Below, piece after piece: positions 34,240 through 51,157 of a stretch of 64,000 nt of DNA. A program made the position numbers and the translations under genes. The notes beneath the pieces are model-generated. The model made no database searches, was not told the origin of the DNA, and saw only the letters and a list, made by a program, of their open reading frames with translations. Numbering within the stretch: position 1 is the stretch's first letter; the number at the start of each line of letters is the position of its first letter. The stretch lies in assembly GCF_009914755.1 (NCBI RefSeq), contig NC_060938.1, one strand, 5' to 3'. Source of the stretch: the human T2T-CHM13v2.0 reference genome, Homo sapiens.

Positions 34240-34625
34240 GAGACTGTCAGCCACCTAGCCAATACTCATTCTCTCCTTCTTTCTTACTGAAAGAACACTG
34301 TTATTATTTGAAGCAACCATAGACACAACTAAGAAATTATACTTTCCAGCCTCCTTTGCAGCTAGGGGCGGCCATGTGACAGTTGGAGCCAAAGAGAAAT
34401 AAGTGGAAGTCACTGGATAGGGCTTCCAAGAAAGTTCTTTGAAAGAATATTTGATATTTGAGCAGTATGATAGATGAAGCCAGGTCCCTGTGTCATCGTA
34501 GAACAATCCTGCCAACGCTACACTGCCCACTTTCAATTCCTCACTACATGAGAAAACAAAAGCACATAATTAGTTTAAGCTACTCTCACCTGGATGTGCT
34601 GCTACAAGCAGCTGAACTAAAAAGC
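34240..34625 (+). mobile_element. Old MaLR LTR (MLT1J-like)
   Basis: TTCCAGCCTCCTTTGCAGCTAGGGGCGGCCATGTGAC...GCAGCTGAAC. Confidence 0.6.
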
Positions 34626-36551
34626 ATAATTAATAAGGAATCAACACGAAATGACTGGGAAAGATTGTCAAATGAGAATATAATAAAGCTCAACCATCAG
34701 TATCACCATTCCAGTTTAAAGTGCATCTGATAAAGAATCCTTCATTAACTCTCATTCAACCTCCTACCATTTACAAGGACCAGAAAGAGAAAACGTGGGT
34801 TGTTATTATATTATAAAAATGTGCAAGGAATTTCAACTGTAAAGCTATTAAAGTAGGAATGAAAAATAACTGGCGGCCCATATATGCTTTGATACCAGAA
34901 GCATAGGTAACAAGATGACTAAAAGAAGGCAGAGAAATAATATATCCTTCTGCCTCTTTTTTAGCCAGTGCTCCTTTGTTTCCAATTCAACAATGTAGCT
35001 GGATGATAGAAATCTAATTAAAATGAGCATAAAAGTTCAGGCAGAGCTTAACCTAGGAGTTTAAACAGTATTATTAAGATAGCTCCTCTTCATATTTTGA
35101 CTGTCTTTTCTTGGGTTGGTTGAACTGAATGGATCTCAGGCTCCATGCCGTAGCCCTTTATGTCTCATTGGCTCTGCCTGGGACACATCCCATCTTTGAA
35201 TGAATCACTGTGATCCGGGGAAGGGACATGCAATGCTCTGATTGGCCATGCCAGAGCCACTGCCTTCTTTCTGGAGCCAAGAGAGAAGCCCCTTTGAAAC
35301 CATAGGAACTGTGTGGAACAGCATCACTCACTGCCAGATTTCTACCATCAGGGAGAGTAAGATGTAAAAAACTACACCTTGGCCACCTTCTTATAGGTCT
35401 GATTTTCTAAGAAGGCATCACTTTGGGAAAATGTGCTCTAATAAAATTGTTGCTTCCCTGTTCCCACCCCATATAGCCCTGGAGAATACAGAAGGGGTAG
35501 TTCTCTGAAGAAAAAAAAATGAATTTATTACCAGAAAAAGTGAGAATACATATGGGATGGCCAAAATGATGTCCATTATACTTACTATTTGCCCTCAGGT
35601 CAGAAGTTCTGAGTTTGCACTAATGGGAAACTGAGCATGTCCCTCTCCCATAATGGTAATTCATTCTGAGACATCACTCCCCACACTGCTCAAGTAGTGC
35701 CACATCACTTTCTGCATATACCAGGTGACTGCAACTTCACTTCACAGAAACAACTAAATAGGAAGGCGGGAAAAGGAGCATGAGCCAGTATTTCATCCTG
35801 AGATACACAATCCTTTGTGTAAAACCTTGAAGGGAAGTAAAAAAAGAAAGAGTCCTGGATGAAGAAGATGCTGTGGATTATAATTTTTCATGCACCACAA
35901 TGAATTACAGAGTCAGAGGCAGTAGAAGTACAATACGATCCTACCTCCACAAGGCAGTGCCACACCACATGAATGCCCATCAGACCGTAGAATTAAATTG
36001 GGAGTACTTCATGCCAAAAACAAGAGGATGGTGACATATTTGTCAGGTATACAGAAACAAAAATTAAGCCAGGGACACATACCAATTACAGGCAAAGACT
36101 TAAGCAGCAAAAAGACAGAAATCTGTGTTGACAAAACAAAGCACCATAAATTTGTATAAGCCAACTATATAAAGCAAAAACTATGATGAACAAGAAGAAG
36201 AACTAGTTAGATTATTTTAGATTGACAAAAACAAAAATAAAATTACTACACATCAAAACTGATCAGTAATATAACATTCATATAATAGAGTATTATTTTA
36301 GTCAATTACTCCATTAAGGACAGATTTTTTTTTTTTTTTTTTTTTAATTATACTCTAAGTTTTAGGGTACATGTGCACATTGTGCAGGTTAGTTACATAT
36401 GTATACATGTGCCATGCTGGTGCGCTGCACCCACTAATGTGTCATCTAGCATTAGGTATATCTCCCAATGCTATCCCTCCCCCCTCCCCCGACCCCACCA
36501 CAGTCCCCAGAGTGTGATATTCCCCTTCCTGTGTCCATGTGATCTCATTGT

Positions 36552-40403
<3,852 letters not shown>

Positions 40404-40442
40404 TCATTAGTTGATGCAGTTTCTTCCTAGTCTCGATGGTCT

Positions 40443-41459
40443 TTACATTTTGGCATGATTTTGCAGCGGCTGGTACCGGTTGTTCCTTTCCATGTTTAGC
40501 GCTTCCTTCAGGAGCTCTTTTAGGGCAGGCCTGGTGGTGACAAAATCTCTCAGCATTTGCTTGTCTATAAAGTATTTTATTTCTCCTTCACTTATGAAGC
40601 TTAGTTTGGCTGGATATGAAATTCTGGGTTGAAAATTCTTTTCTTTAAGAATGTTGAATATTGGCCCCCACTCTCTTCTGGCTTGTAGGGTTTCTGCCGA
40701 GAGATCCGCTGTTAGTCTGATGGGCTTTCCTTTGAGGGTAACCCGACCTTTCTCTCTGGCTGCCCTTAACATTTTTTCCTTCATTTCAACTTTGGTGAAT
40801 CTGACAATTATGTGTCTTGGAGTTGCTCTTCTCGAGGAGTATCTTTGTGGCGTTCTCTGTATTTCCTGAATCTGAACGTTGGCCTGCCGTGCTAGATTGG
40901 GGAAGTTCTCCTGGATAATATCCTGCAGAGTGTTTTCCAACTTGGTTCCATTCTCCACATCACTTTCAGGTACACCAATCAGACGTAGATTTGGTCTTTT
41001 CACATAGTCCCATATTTCTTGGAGGCTTTGCTCATTTCTTTTTATTCTTTTTTCTCTAAACTTCCCTTCTCGCTTCATTTCATTCATTTCATCTTCCATT
41101 GCTGATACCCTTTCTTCCAGTTGATCGCATCGGCTCCTGAGGCTTCTGCATTCTTCACGTAGTTCTCGAGCCTTGGTTTTCAGCTCCATCAGCTCCTTTA
41201 AGCACTTCTCTGTATTGGTTATTCTAGTTATACATTCTTCTAAATTTTTTTCAAAGTTTTCAACTTCTTTGCCTTTGGTTTGAATGTCCTCCCGTAGCTC
41301 AGAGTAATTTGATCGTCTGAAGCCTTCTTCTCTCAGCTCGTCAAAATCATTCTCCATCCAGCTTTGTTCTGTTGCTGGTGAGGAACTGCGTTCCTTTGGA
41401 GGAGGAGAGGCGCTCTGCGTTTTAGAGTTTCCAGTTTTTCTGTTCTGTTTTTTCCCCAT
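40443..41459 (-). CDS. L1 ORF1p (RNA-binding chaperone), 338 aa, open
   Basis: Essentially the L1HS consensus, including REKG, ARR and YPAKLS. Confidence 0.97.
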   Translation of the reverse strand: MGKKQNRKTGNSKTQSASPPPKERSSSPATEQSWMENDFDELREEGFRRSNYSELREDIQTKGKEVENFEKNLEECITRITNTEKCLKELMELKTKARELREECRSLRSRCDQLEERVSAMEDEMNEMKREGKFREKRIKRNEQSLQEIWDYVKRPNLRLIGVPESDVENGTKLENTLQDIIQENFPNLARQANVQIQEIQRTPQRYSSRRATPRHIIVRFTKVEMKEKMLRAAREKGRVTLKGKPIRLTADLSAETLQARREWGPIFNILKEKNFQPRISYPAKLSFISEGEIKYFIDKQMLRDFVTTRPALKELLKEALNMERNNRYQPLQNHAKM

Positions 41460-42364
41460 CTTTGTGGTTTTATCTACTTTTGGTCTTTGATGATGGTGAT
41501 GTACAGATGGGTTTTCGGTGTAGATGTCCTTTCTGGTTGTTAGTTTTCCTTCTAACAGACAGGAACCTCAGCTGCAGGTCTGTTGGAATACCCTGCCGTG
41601 TGAGGTGTCAGTGTGCCCCTGCTGGGGGGTGCCTCCCAGTTAGGCTGCTCGGGGGTCAGGGGTCAGGGACCCACTTGAGGCAGTCTGCCCGTTCTCAGAT
41701 CTCCAGCTGCGTGCTGGGAGAACCACTGCTCTCTTCAAAGCTGTCAGACAGGGACACTTAAGTCTGCAGAGGTTACTGCTGTCTTTTTGTTTGTCTGTGC
41801 CCTGCCCCCAGAGGTGGAGCCTACAGAGGCAGGCAGGCCTCCTTGAGCTGTGGTGGGCTCCACCCAGTTCGAGCTTCCCGGCTGCTTTGTTTACCTAAGC
41901 AAGCCTGGGCAATGGCGGGCGCCCCTCCCCCAGCCTCGTTGCCGCTTTGCAGTTTGATCTCAGACTGCTGTGCTAGCAATCAGCGAGATTCCGTGGGCGT
42001 AGGACCCTCTGAGCCAGGTGTGGGATATAGTCTCGTGGTGCGCCGTTTCTTAAGCCGGTCTGAAAAGCGCAATATTCGGGTGGGAGTGACCCGATTTTCC
42101 AGGTGCGTCCGTCACCCCTTTCTTTGACTCGGAAAGGGAACTCCCTGACCCCTTGCGCTTCCCAGGTGAGGCAATGCCTCGCCCTGCTTCGGCTCGCGCA
42201 CGGTGCGCACACACACTGGCCTGCGCCCACTGTCTGGCACTCCCTAGTGAGATGAACCCGGTACCTCAGATGGAAATGCAGAAATCACCCGTCTTCTGCG
42301 TCGCTCACGCTGGGAGCTGTAGACCGGAGCTGTTCCTATTCGGCCATCTTGGCTCCCTCCTCTC
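41460..42364 (-). promoter_or_regulatory. L1 5'UTR: CpG-rich internal sense promoter and antisense promoter
   Basis: YY1 site CAAGATGGCCG (plus-strand CGGCCATCTTG, 42341-42351); RUNX3-region TACCTCAGATGGAAATGCA; SOX-type CTTTGTT; many CpGs retained. Confidence 0.9.
41912..42127 (+). CDS. L1 ORF0 (antisense, 71 aa)
   Basis: MAGAPPPASL...RCVRHPFL; splice donors after 42017 (nt 106) and 42102 (nt 191) are intact. Confidence 0.85.
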   Translation: MAGAPPPASLPLCSLISDCCASNQRDSVGVGPSEPGVGYSLVVRRFLSRSEKRNIRVGVTRFSRCVRHPFL

Positions 42365-42633
42365 TAAGGACAGATTTTAAACTTTCCCAGGAAAGATTTT
42401 AAAATCAATTCTCTCTCCCTCTTTTTATTATCCCAATCAGGTCTTTGTCCTATTGTATTCTTTATTTTTTCCTTCACTGATCTCTAGGCTACATTCTACT
42501 TGACATCTATACAATTATTTACTTAGTATATTTTATTGATCTATTGTTTTGACTCAAATACATTTATTTTAAAGAAGAACTGGTGGATAGGAAAATATAA
42601 ACCAAGAGCAAAAGATAGAAAGGCCCATGCCCC

Positions 42634-43583
42634 GGGTCCACAACCACCAGCTTTGCTGGGATCCTGTCCCAGGGTCTTTGGATAGCCCCGCCTGAAGTGC
42701 CCATGACGGGCTACATGTTTGGTAAAGTGATCTATTTCGCTGACATGGCCTCCAAGAGTGCCAACTACTGCCATACATCTCAGGGAGGCCCAACAGGCTT
42801 AATCCTGTTGGGAGAAGTTGCCCTTGGAAAATGTATGAACTGAAGCACGCTTCACATATCAGCAAGTTACCCAAGGGCAAGCACAGTGTCAAAGGTTTGG
42901 GCAAAACTACCCCTGACCCTTCAGCTAGTATTACTCTGGATGGTGCAGAGGTTCCTCTTGGGACTGGGATTTCATCTGGTGTGAATGACACTTGTCTACT
43001 ATATAATGAGTACATTGTCTATGATATTGCTCAGGTAAATCTGAAGTATCTGCTGAAACTGAAATTCAATTTTAAGACTTCCTTGTGGTAATTGGGAGAG
43101 GTGGCCAAGTCACTCCCGATGGCTCTGGTATAAATTCAGCCGAAGCCCTTCTGCACCAACTCACCTGGCCGGCTAAGTTGCTGATGGGTAGTACCTGTAC
43201 TAAACCTCCTAAGAAAGGATTTTACAGAAACACATTAAAAGGTTTTCTCCAACTTTTCGAGTCCCTTGTTTTGTGTTGTGTTTGTGGGGAGGGGTTGTTT
43301 TGGGGTTGTTTTTGTTTTTTCTTGCCAGGTAGATAAAACTGACATAGAGAAAAGGCTGGAGAGAGATTCCATCCGCATAGACTAGTCCTGTGGAAAAAAA
43401 AAAAAAAAACAAGCTCCATTAGAATGTCTGCCTTACTGGTTTCCCCAGGGAAAGAAAAATATGTTTCCACCCTTTTTTCTAAGTGTTCATCTTTAGTTTT
43501 GATTTTGGAAAGTTGTTAAGCATTCATTTTTAGTTAAAAATAAAAACTAATTTCATACCATTAAAAAAAAAAAAAGAAAGAAA
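42634..43583 (+). pseudogene. PARP1P2: 5'-truncated processed pseudogene of PARP1 (catalytic-domain C-terminus and 3'UTR)
   Basis: Intronless [30 protein letters not shown], then a 1-nt frameshift near 42830, then [24 protein letters not shown]...[30 protein letters not shown]; AATAAA 43539-43544; poly(A); 17-bp TSD. The P2 symbol is from memory. Confidence 0.93.
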
Positions 43584-43651
43584 AGAAAGGCCTGTGCCCC
43601 TGGAGTGAGAGGGCAGGGATGAGAAACAGCAAAGGAGGCAGGTGTGAGGCA

Positions 43652-44092
43652 TGTGTTCATTTGGAGCACTGCTATAACAAAGTACCATAGACAGGTGTCT
43701 TCAACAACAGAAATATTATTGTCCCACAGTTCTGGAAGCCAAAAATCCAGAACCACGGTGTTGGCAGGGTTCATTCTTTCCTTGAGCTATAAGGAAAGAT
43801 CTGTTCCCGGCCTCTCTCCTTGGCTTGTGGAGGGCTGTCTTGCCCCGTGTGTCTTCATATCACCTTCTTTCTGCATGTGTCTCTCTCTCCATGTCCAAAT
43901 TTCCCCTAAGATCTTATAAAGACACCAATCATATTGCATTAGGGCCCACCCTCATGACCTCATTTTAAACTGATTACAGACCTTATCGCCAAATAAGGTC
44001 ATGTTCTGCAGTACTAGATGTTAGGATTCCAACATCTCTTTTTGGGAGGCTTGGGTCAGAATTTATAGGGAGACACAATCTGACCCATAACA
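43652..44092 (-). mobile_element. MLT1 (MLT1C-like) solo LTR
   Basis: CTGCTATAACAAAGTACCATAGAC...CACAGTTCTGGAAGCC...CCCATAACA. Confidence 0.8.
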
Positions 44093-44700
44093 GAAAGAAT
44101 AGGTCTTTTGGAGAATAGACAAGAATAGAATTGGCATTGCCTGCTGCCCACTGGGTGAGGTCTCTATCTCTTTAATCAGCCCCTTATAATCACCACACTC
44201 GAGGAAACTCTTTCCTGCATGTTTTTTGAATTATCACCCCTCTACTCACACCACCCACCTCTCTCCTGACATAACTCAACCAGACCTACATTTTTCTATC
44301 TTCTGTTGAATTTCTAGTCACTTAATACACAAAACATTCATTTCTTTCTAACAAAACCAAAGCAATGTCACCACCCATGGGTGCAAGAATGGTATAAACC
44401 CCTTCACATCCAGCCCATCAATAGCCCCAATTTGTATAAATGAAGCCAGTAAGTCCCTCCCAGACTCTAAGACCAATCTTTGTCGTACACAAGGAATATC
44501 GGTCTAGCCTCAACCATTACTTCTGGTGCCACCCTGATAGAAAACTTCATTTTGTCAGCAATCAACGTCCTGCCTTGAGACCCAGGTTCCCTATGACTGA
44601 ACCCCTACCCTGTATCCTTTTTATTCTTTAATAAGTTCCTAATTGATGTTCCAGCACCTTATCACTAGATTCTTGTTTGTCCCTTTAAGAGAAGGAGTTA

Positions 44701-45002
<302 letters not shown>

Positions 45003-45718
45003 GTAACTCCTTCTCTTTTTTGCTTTTTTTCTTTTTTTTTTGAGACGGAGTCTCTCTCTGTCACGCAGGATGGAGTGCAGTGGCAAATTACAATTTTTTA
45101 AATCTCTGCCTGCTATCTCAATCTAGACAAGAAATTGTATTCTAGCCCTTGGACTTCATTCTCCTTAGAACTGGCTCACTGATGTAGTTGCCAAAGCTTT
45201 ATACTATTAAACACCCGTCCCCTTGAAATTCCACCAATTGTTGGTCCTGTCCCCACTTGGATATTGTGGCACCTCCACGTAGAAGGTATACAACAAATGG
45301 TTGTTGTTTTTTGAATAGACAGTAATTGATACTGGGTCTTGAATATTTGTTAATGTCACTTCTTCCTCACCAGACCAAGAACCAATAACCCAAAGGACAT
45401 CTTCCTTCAGACTCACATCATTGACTATCTTTCTCTGGAAAGTCTTACTTTGCTCCCATGTACAAATCCCTGACCTTTGTTGGAATGACAAGTCTCTCCA
45501 GACTCAAATTCAGGACTGGGATTCATATCAAGTCTTGTCAGTCCTGGTTAGGTACTGGTCCCTCATGTTCATTATGGTTCCATTTTATGAAGCAATAGAA
45601 ATTGCTAAGTTCTAAAACAAAGAAATGATCACACATCCTCCAAGTAACCTTAATAATTCCTCTTCAAGTACATCATGTTCTAAGATCACAGAATCACTCC
45701 AATAAAGTACAAGAAGAG

Positions 45719-46960
<1,242 letters not shown>

Positions 46961-47943
46961 CTCTGGCTGAAAGCCACTTTGAATGAATGTCGAAATGCGT
47001 AAAGAATCCAATTATTTTAGTATTTTTGTACCATAGATTTTTGGTACTTAGAACACTTAGACTTTTGTATAGATCTAAACTCACTGCCTTGGTTTTCACC
47101 TTTACATCAAATCCTCAAAACAAATCAACTGTCTCTAGACAAATTTTAAATGCCTGAATGCATTGACCAAAAATTCAACCTCTATAGATTTAGCAAAAGA
47201 AAGTGCTAACACATATTCACATGGATATGTGTAGAAGGATATTCATTTCTGTATTACTTGTAAAATACCCGAGGCAACTTATATGTCCTTCAACACAGAT
47301 ATGTAACAATACATAGTGGAATATCCTTACTATGGAACATTGTGTAACTGAGAACATATAAGGAGTGCAATCAGGAAAGATTATCGGGGGATAAAAGACA
47401 AGTATGCAGAACACAGCTCATTTTTGTAAAAACAAAATAAAATCCTAATTATTTCAGTTGCATACACATAGCAAAAGAGCCTGGAACCTCACCAATCTGA
47501 TGCCAGTGGGTACCAGAGAGCAAGGAAATAAAATTGGAATAAGAAGACATTTATTCAGTGATATTTAAATATTTTTTAACCAACACATCTTATTTTTGTA
47601 ATTTTCACAGATTTTAAAATAGCAAACATCTCAATTTTTAACCACTTTGCCTTTATATACAATGCCAAGACCACTTGGTACTTGTCAGCAAAATCCAGTG
47701 ATGTTAGAATGAGTATTGCACGTAGCTCCACCTCTCCCTCTGGGGAAATCTCACCTGAGCTGTGCTCCTGGATTAGCAGATGTGGTCTGGCTCACCCGCT
47801 ATGAGAATGGGTGGCTGGAGAGGAGCTGGCAGACATCCTGCAAGAGAACGAGGCTCCTTGATAAGTGCTTTTTTGACCTTACTGTAACTAGTCATAAAGA
47901 TCTTTGAAAATTAAGGATACATGCCCTCGTTTCCCTTGGTCAT

Positions 47944-48357
47944 TGATATGGTTTGGATTGGTGTCCCCACCCAATCTCATGTCAAATTGTAATCCCCAGT
48001 TTGAAGGTAGGACCTGATGGCAGGTGACTAGATCATAGGAATGGTTTCTTATGGATGGTTTGGCACCATCCCTTTGGTGCTGTTCTCATGTTAGTGAGTT
48101 CTCAGGAAATCTGGTGGTTTCAAAATGTATGGCACCTCCTCCCTCTCTCTTTCTCTTGATCCTAGCTCCTGCCATGTAAGATGACTGCTTCCCCCTTGCC
48201 TTCTGCCATGACTGGAAGCTTCCTGAGGCTCCCCAGAAGCAGAAGCTGCTATGCTTCCTGAACAGCCTGCAGAACTATGAGCCAATTAAACCAGGTTTTT
48301 AAATAAATGACTCAGTTTCAGGTATTTCTTGTAACAATGTGAGAATGACCTAATACA
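47944..48357 (+). mobile_element. MSTA-like MaLR solo LTR
   Basis: TGATATGGTTTGG...CTAATACA; TSD GTCAT. Confidence 0.9.
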
Positions 48358-50737
48358 GTCATGGAACATCATAAGTAGGAATTCCTCCCACGAGTCCTTT
48401 CTTTATACCCTGCGGGGCTGTGGGAGTCCCCACTACCGAAGAGCAGCCTGAGTACTGAGTGTGGGTTGTGAACACTATGGGGTGATAAAGAGTCCCTTTC
48501 CTATGTTCCTGCTCAGCCACTGGGTGACGTGACCTTGTGCAAATCCACCCCACTCTAAATCTGTTCTCTTTACCTGTAACAGAAGGATTATGTACAGATC
48601 ACCTCTAATATCTTTTACAGAACTACAATTCTAATGTATCATCACAGAAAGTTAGCTACACTTTCCTTTGCCTGGACACAGCTTCTTCCCCTCTGTATAG
48701 CTATGACTTCCAACCAAATACTCTTGTCGTTCTCACCAAAATAAGGAAAGGGTAGGTTCCTTTGAAAAGAAACAGAATGATTCTGTTGGGAAAGGATCAT
48801 AACCTATCACACAACTCCTCATCTAACATGAAAATACAGAAATATGTTACATACTGTTACATCTTTAAAATAAAGCTGCCCACTTCATTTTAGTTGTATT
48901 ACAGAATTCTAATTCTGACACTGCAATTTATGTCTTTTGATGTCTATCAAGAAGATATATTAAAACTCTGGTTAATGAAAAGCAAATGTTTTATATTTAT
49001 ATGACCTCTTTAATCTTTTGCATGAAAAAGGAGGGAACATTAATCTCTGACAAAAGAAGAAGCCTCCGTGTGGAGAGAATAAGGAATAGGTCCCAATGTT
49101 AACAGAAATGTTAATTAAAAGAGCTAGTGATCATATTCAATTTCTAGGACCAATTTCTAGATATTCCTAGCATTTATTTTTGTCTCAATTTGAAGTCCCA
49201 TCAAAAGAAGAAAAACACTCATTTATGGTCTTCATTTTCAGAACAAACTGAGTCTCATTATAAAATGTTCACATTTTTGTACTGCAATTCATCCACTCAC
49301 AAGAAGGCCAAAGGCAAAAGATTAATGGATCACAAACGAGGGCTGCTCTGCATGGCAGAATGATCATCCCCCTCCACCCTGGCATAACACAACATGACCT
49401 AGCACCCAGCTCTTCTACAACAAATTGCAACACCCATACTGGACCACTAATACTGTTTTCAAAAAGCTTAATGTTGTGAATTCTTGCATCCTAAAATTCA
49501 ACATGCATACTGTTTCAATTTATAAATTGTATTCAATTTATAAATGTATACATACTGTTTCAATTACAAACCCCTGAAGATAAGGGTCATGAGAAAATGT
49601 TGGCAAAATCTGCTCTGTAGCACTGAATAGCAATTAGTATCAACAATGCTTATGGTGTTTTTGAAGCAGCTTTTGTGTTTCAAATTGTTTACTGAAGGAG
49701 TTAATTTTATGTTGAACACCAATAACATTCGGGGAAAAAATAACCTCGAAAACTATTTATATAGCAACCATTAATAAAAATAGCAGTATCATCAGGTGAT
49801 GTTTTATAAAGCTATAATTAGCTGGTGAGCACATTTATGGAACAGCTGTGATGTAGCAGACCCTGTTAAAATCTGAGATAGGTACAAAATATATAGATGA
49901 CAGACGTTTTCTTGAAGAAATGTTCCATCTACATGGAGCCCAGCGCATGACAGATAACACTGTAATTTGGTAAGAAAAGGTAAGAAATAGTCTGAAATCA
50001 AATTGAGAATGCAAATAGAATGTAAATGCTGAGATTCTATCCAAAGAGGTGTGAACCAACCCAGAAAGCGTTAAGCACATATGGCTACATACTTAGAGTA
50101 GCGTGGTTAGGAGGGAGATGAGACTGACAAAACCATTGTACGGCGTAGGGAAAATAGCAAGGATCTCAAGCCTGAAGAAATCTTAAACGACAACAGGAAT
50201 TTCAGATAGAGATAGGAATAAGCAACTTTTTGGTAAAATCCTTCTGACTAATTCTTCTTTAATCATTGCCTGTGGCAATGAACGAGAAAGATGTTGTCAG
50301 TTTAAAGTACCCAGACTGGACACTTAGAGCAAAGATAAGGGTAATGACATTAAGCGTTCATGTTTTCAGGAGATTCCAGAAAAACCTAAATTGCTTGTGA
50401 TATCTTGGGCTCATATTCATACTTTGGGTTCCACTTCAGAAATTCTAACCGCTATGGAAGAGTAATATCAATTCTACAGATCTTCTGTGATGAATCCCAG
50501 AGCAGCCACTTCTCACCTAGTTGGTTTTGCCAAATACTTGTAAATAGTTATACCTGAACCTGAGTCATACAGGAAAGGAAAAGGCTGAAAGTTACTTACA
50601 TAAATAAATCCTTGATCTCAGCTTCTTTTATTTTACCTTGTTGATTTCACTTAAAGGTGCATTTAAAGGCTTTTGGCAGCAGCCATAAGGGAGAAGCTGG
50701 TATTAAATGAATCATTCCACTTAAAAATAAATTATAA

Positions 50738-51045
50738 GGCTGGGTGCGGTGGCTCATGCCTGTAATCCCAGCACTTTGGGAGGTTGAGGCGGGTGGATCA
50801 CGAGGTCAGGAGTTCAAGACCAGCCTGGCCAAGATGGTGAAACCCCATCTCTACTAAAAATTCAAAAATTAGCCCAGCATGGTGGCGTGCGCCTGTAATC
50901 CCAGATATTCAGGAGGCTGAGGCAGAGAATTGCTTGAACCCAGGAGGCAGAGGTTGCAGAGACCCGATATCGTTATCACTGCACTCCAGCCTGGGCGACA
51001 GAGTGAGACTCTGTCTCAAAAATAAATAAATAAATAAATAATAAA
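50738..51045 (+). mobile_element. AluSg-type with (TAAA)n tail
   Basis: GGATCACGAGGTC, GCCAAGATGG, GAGGCAGAGAATTGC. Confidence 0.88.
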
Positions 51046-51157
51046 ACCTGGACAAAATATTTTAAATAACTATTTGTAAGCTTTGGAGGGGAATGAATGA
51101 AGGCAGGATGTTAAGAGCTTTGATGTACAAAGGAAGAAAGGTAGAGCTGTGTGAGTT

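Noticed and set aside
41462-41761. 99-aa plus-strand ORF in the L1 5'UTR, and other antisense L1 ORFs
   Set aside because: GTG start and a generic antisense by-product; true ORF0 starts at 41912
42831-43091. 86-aa PARP1-like ORF as a functional gene
   Set aside because: Only the C-terminal part of the catalytic fold, downstream of a frameshift in a truncated retrocopy
49506-49566. Short tandem duplications (also 25131-25150 and 53346-53365)
   Set aside because: Ordinary replication-slippage products
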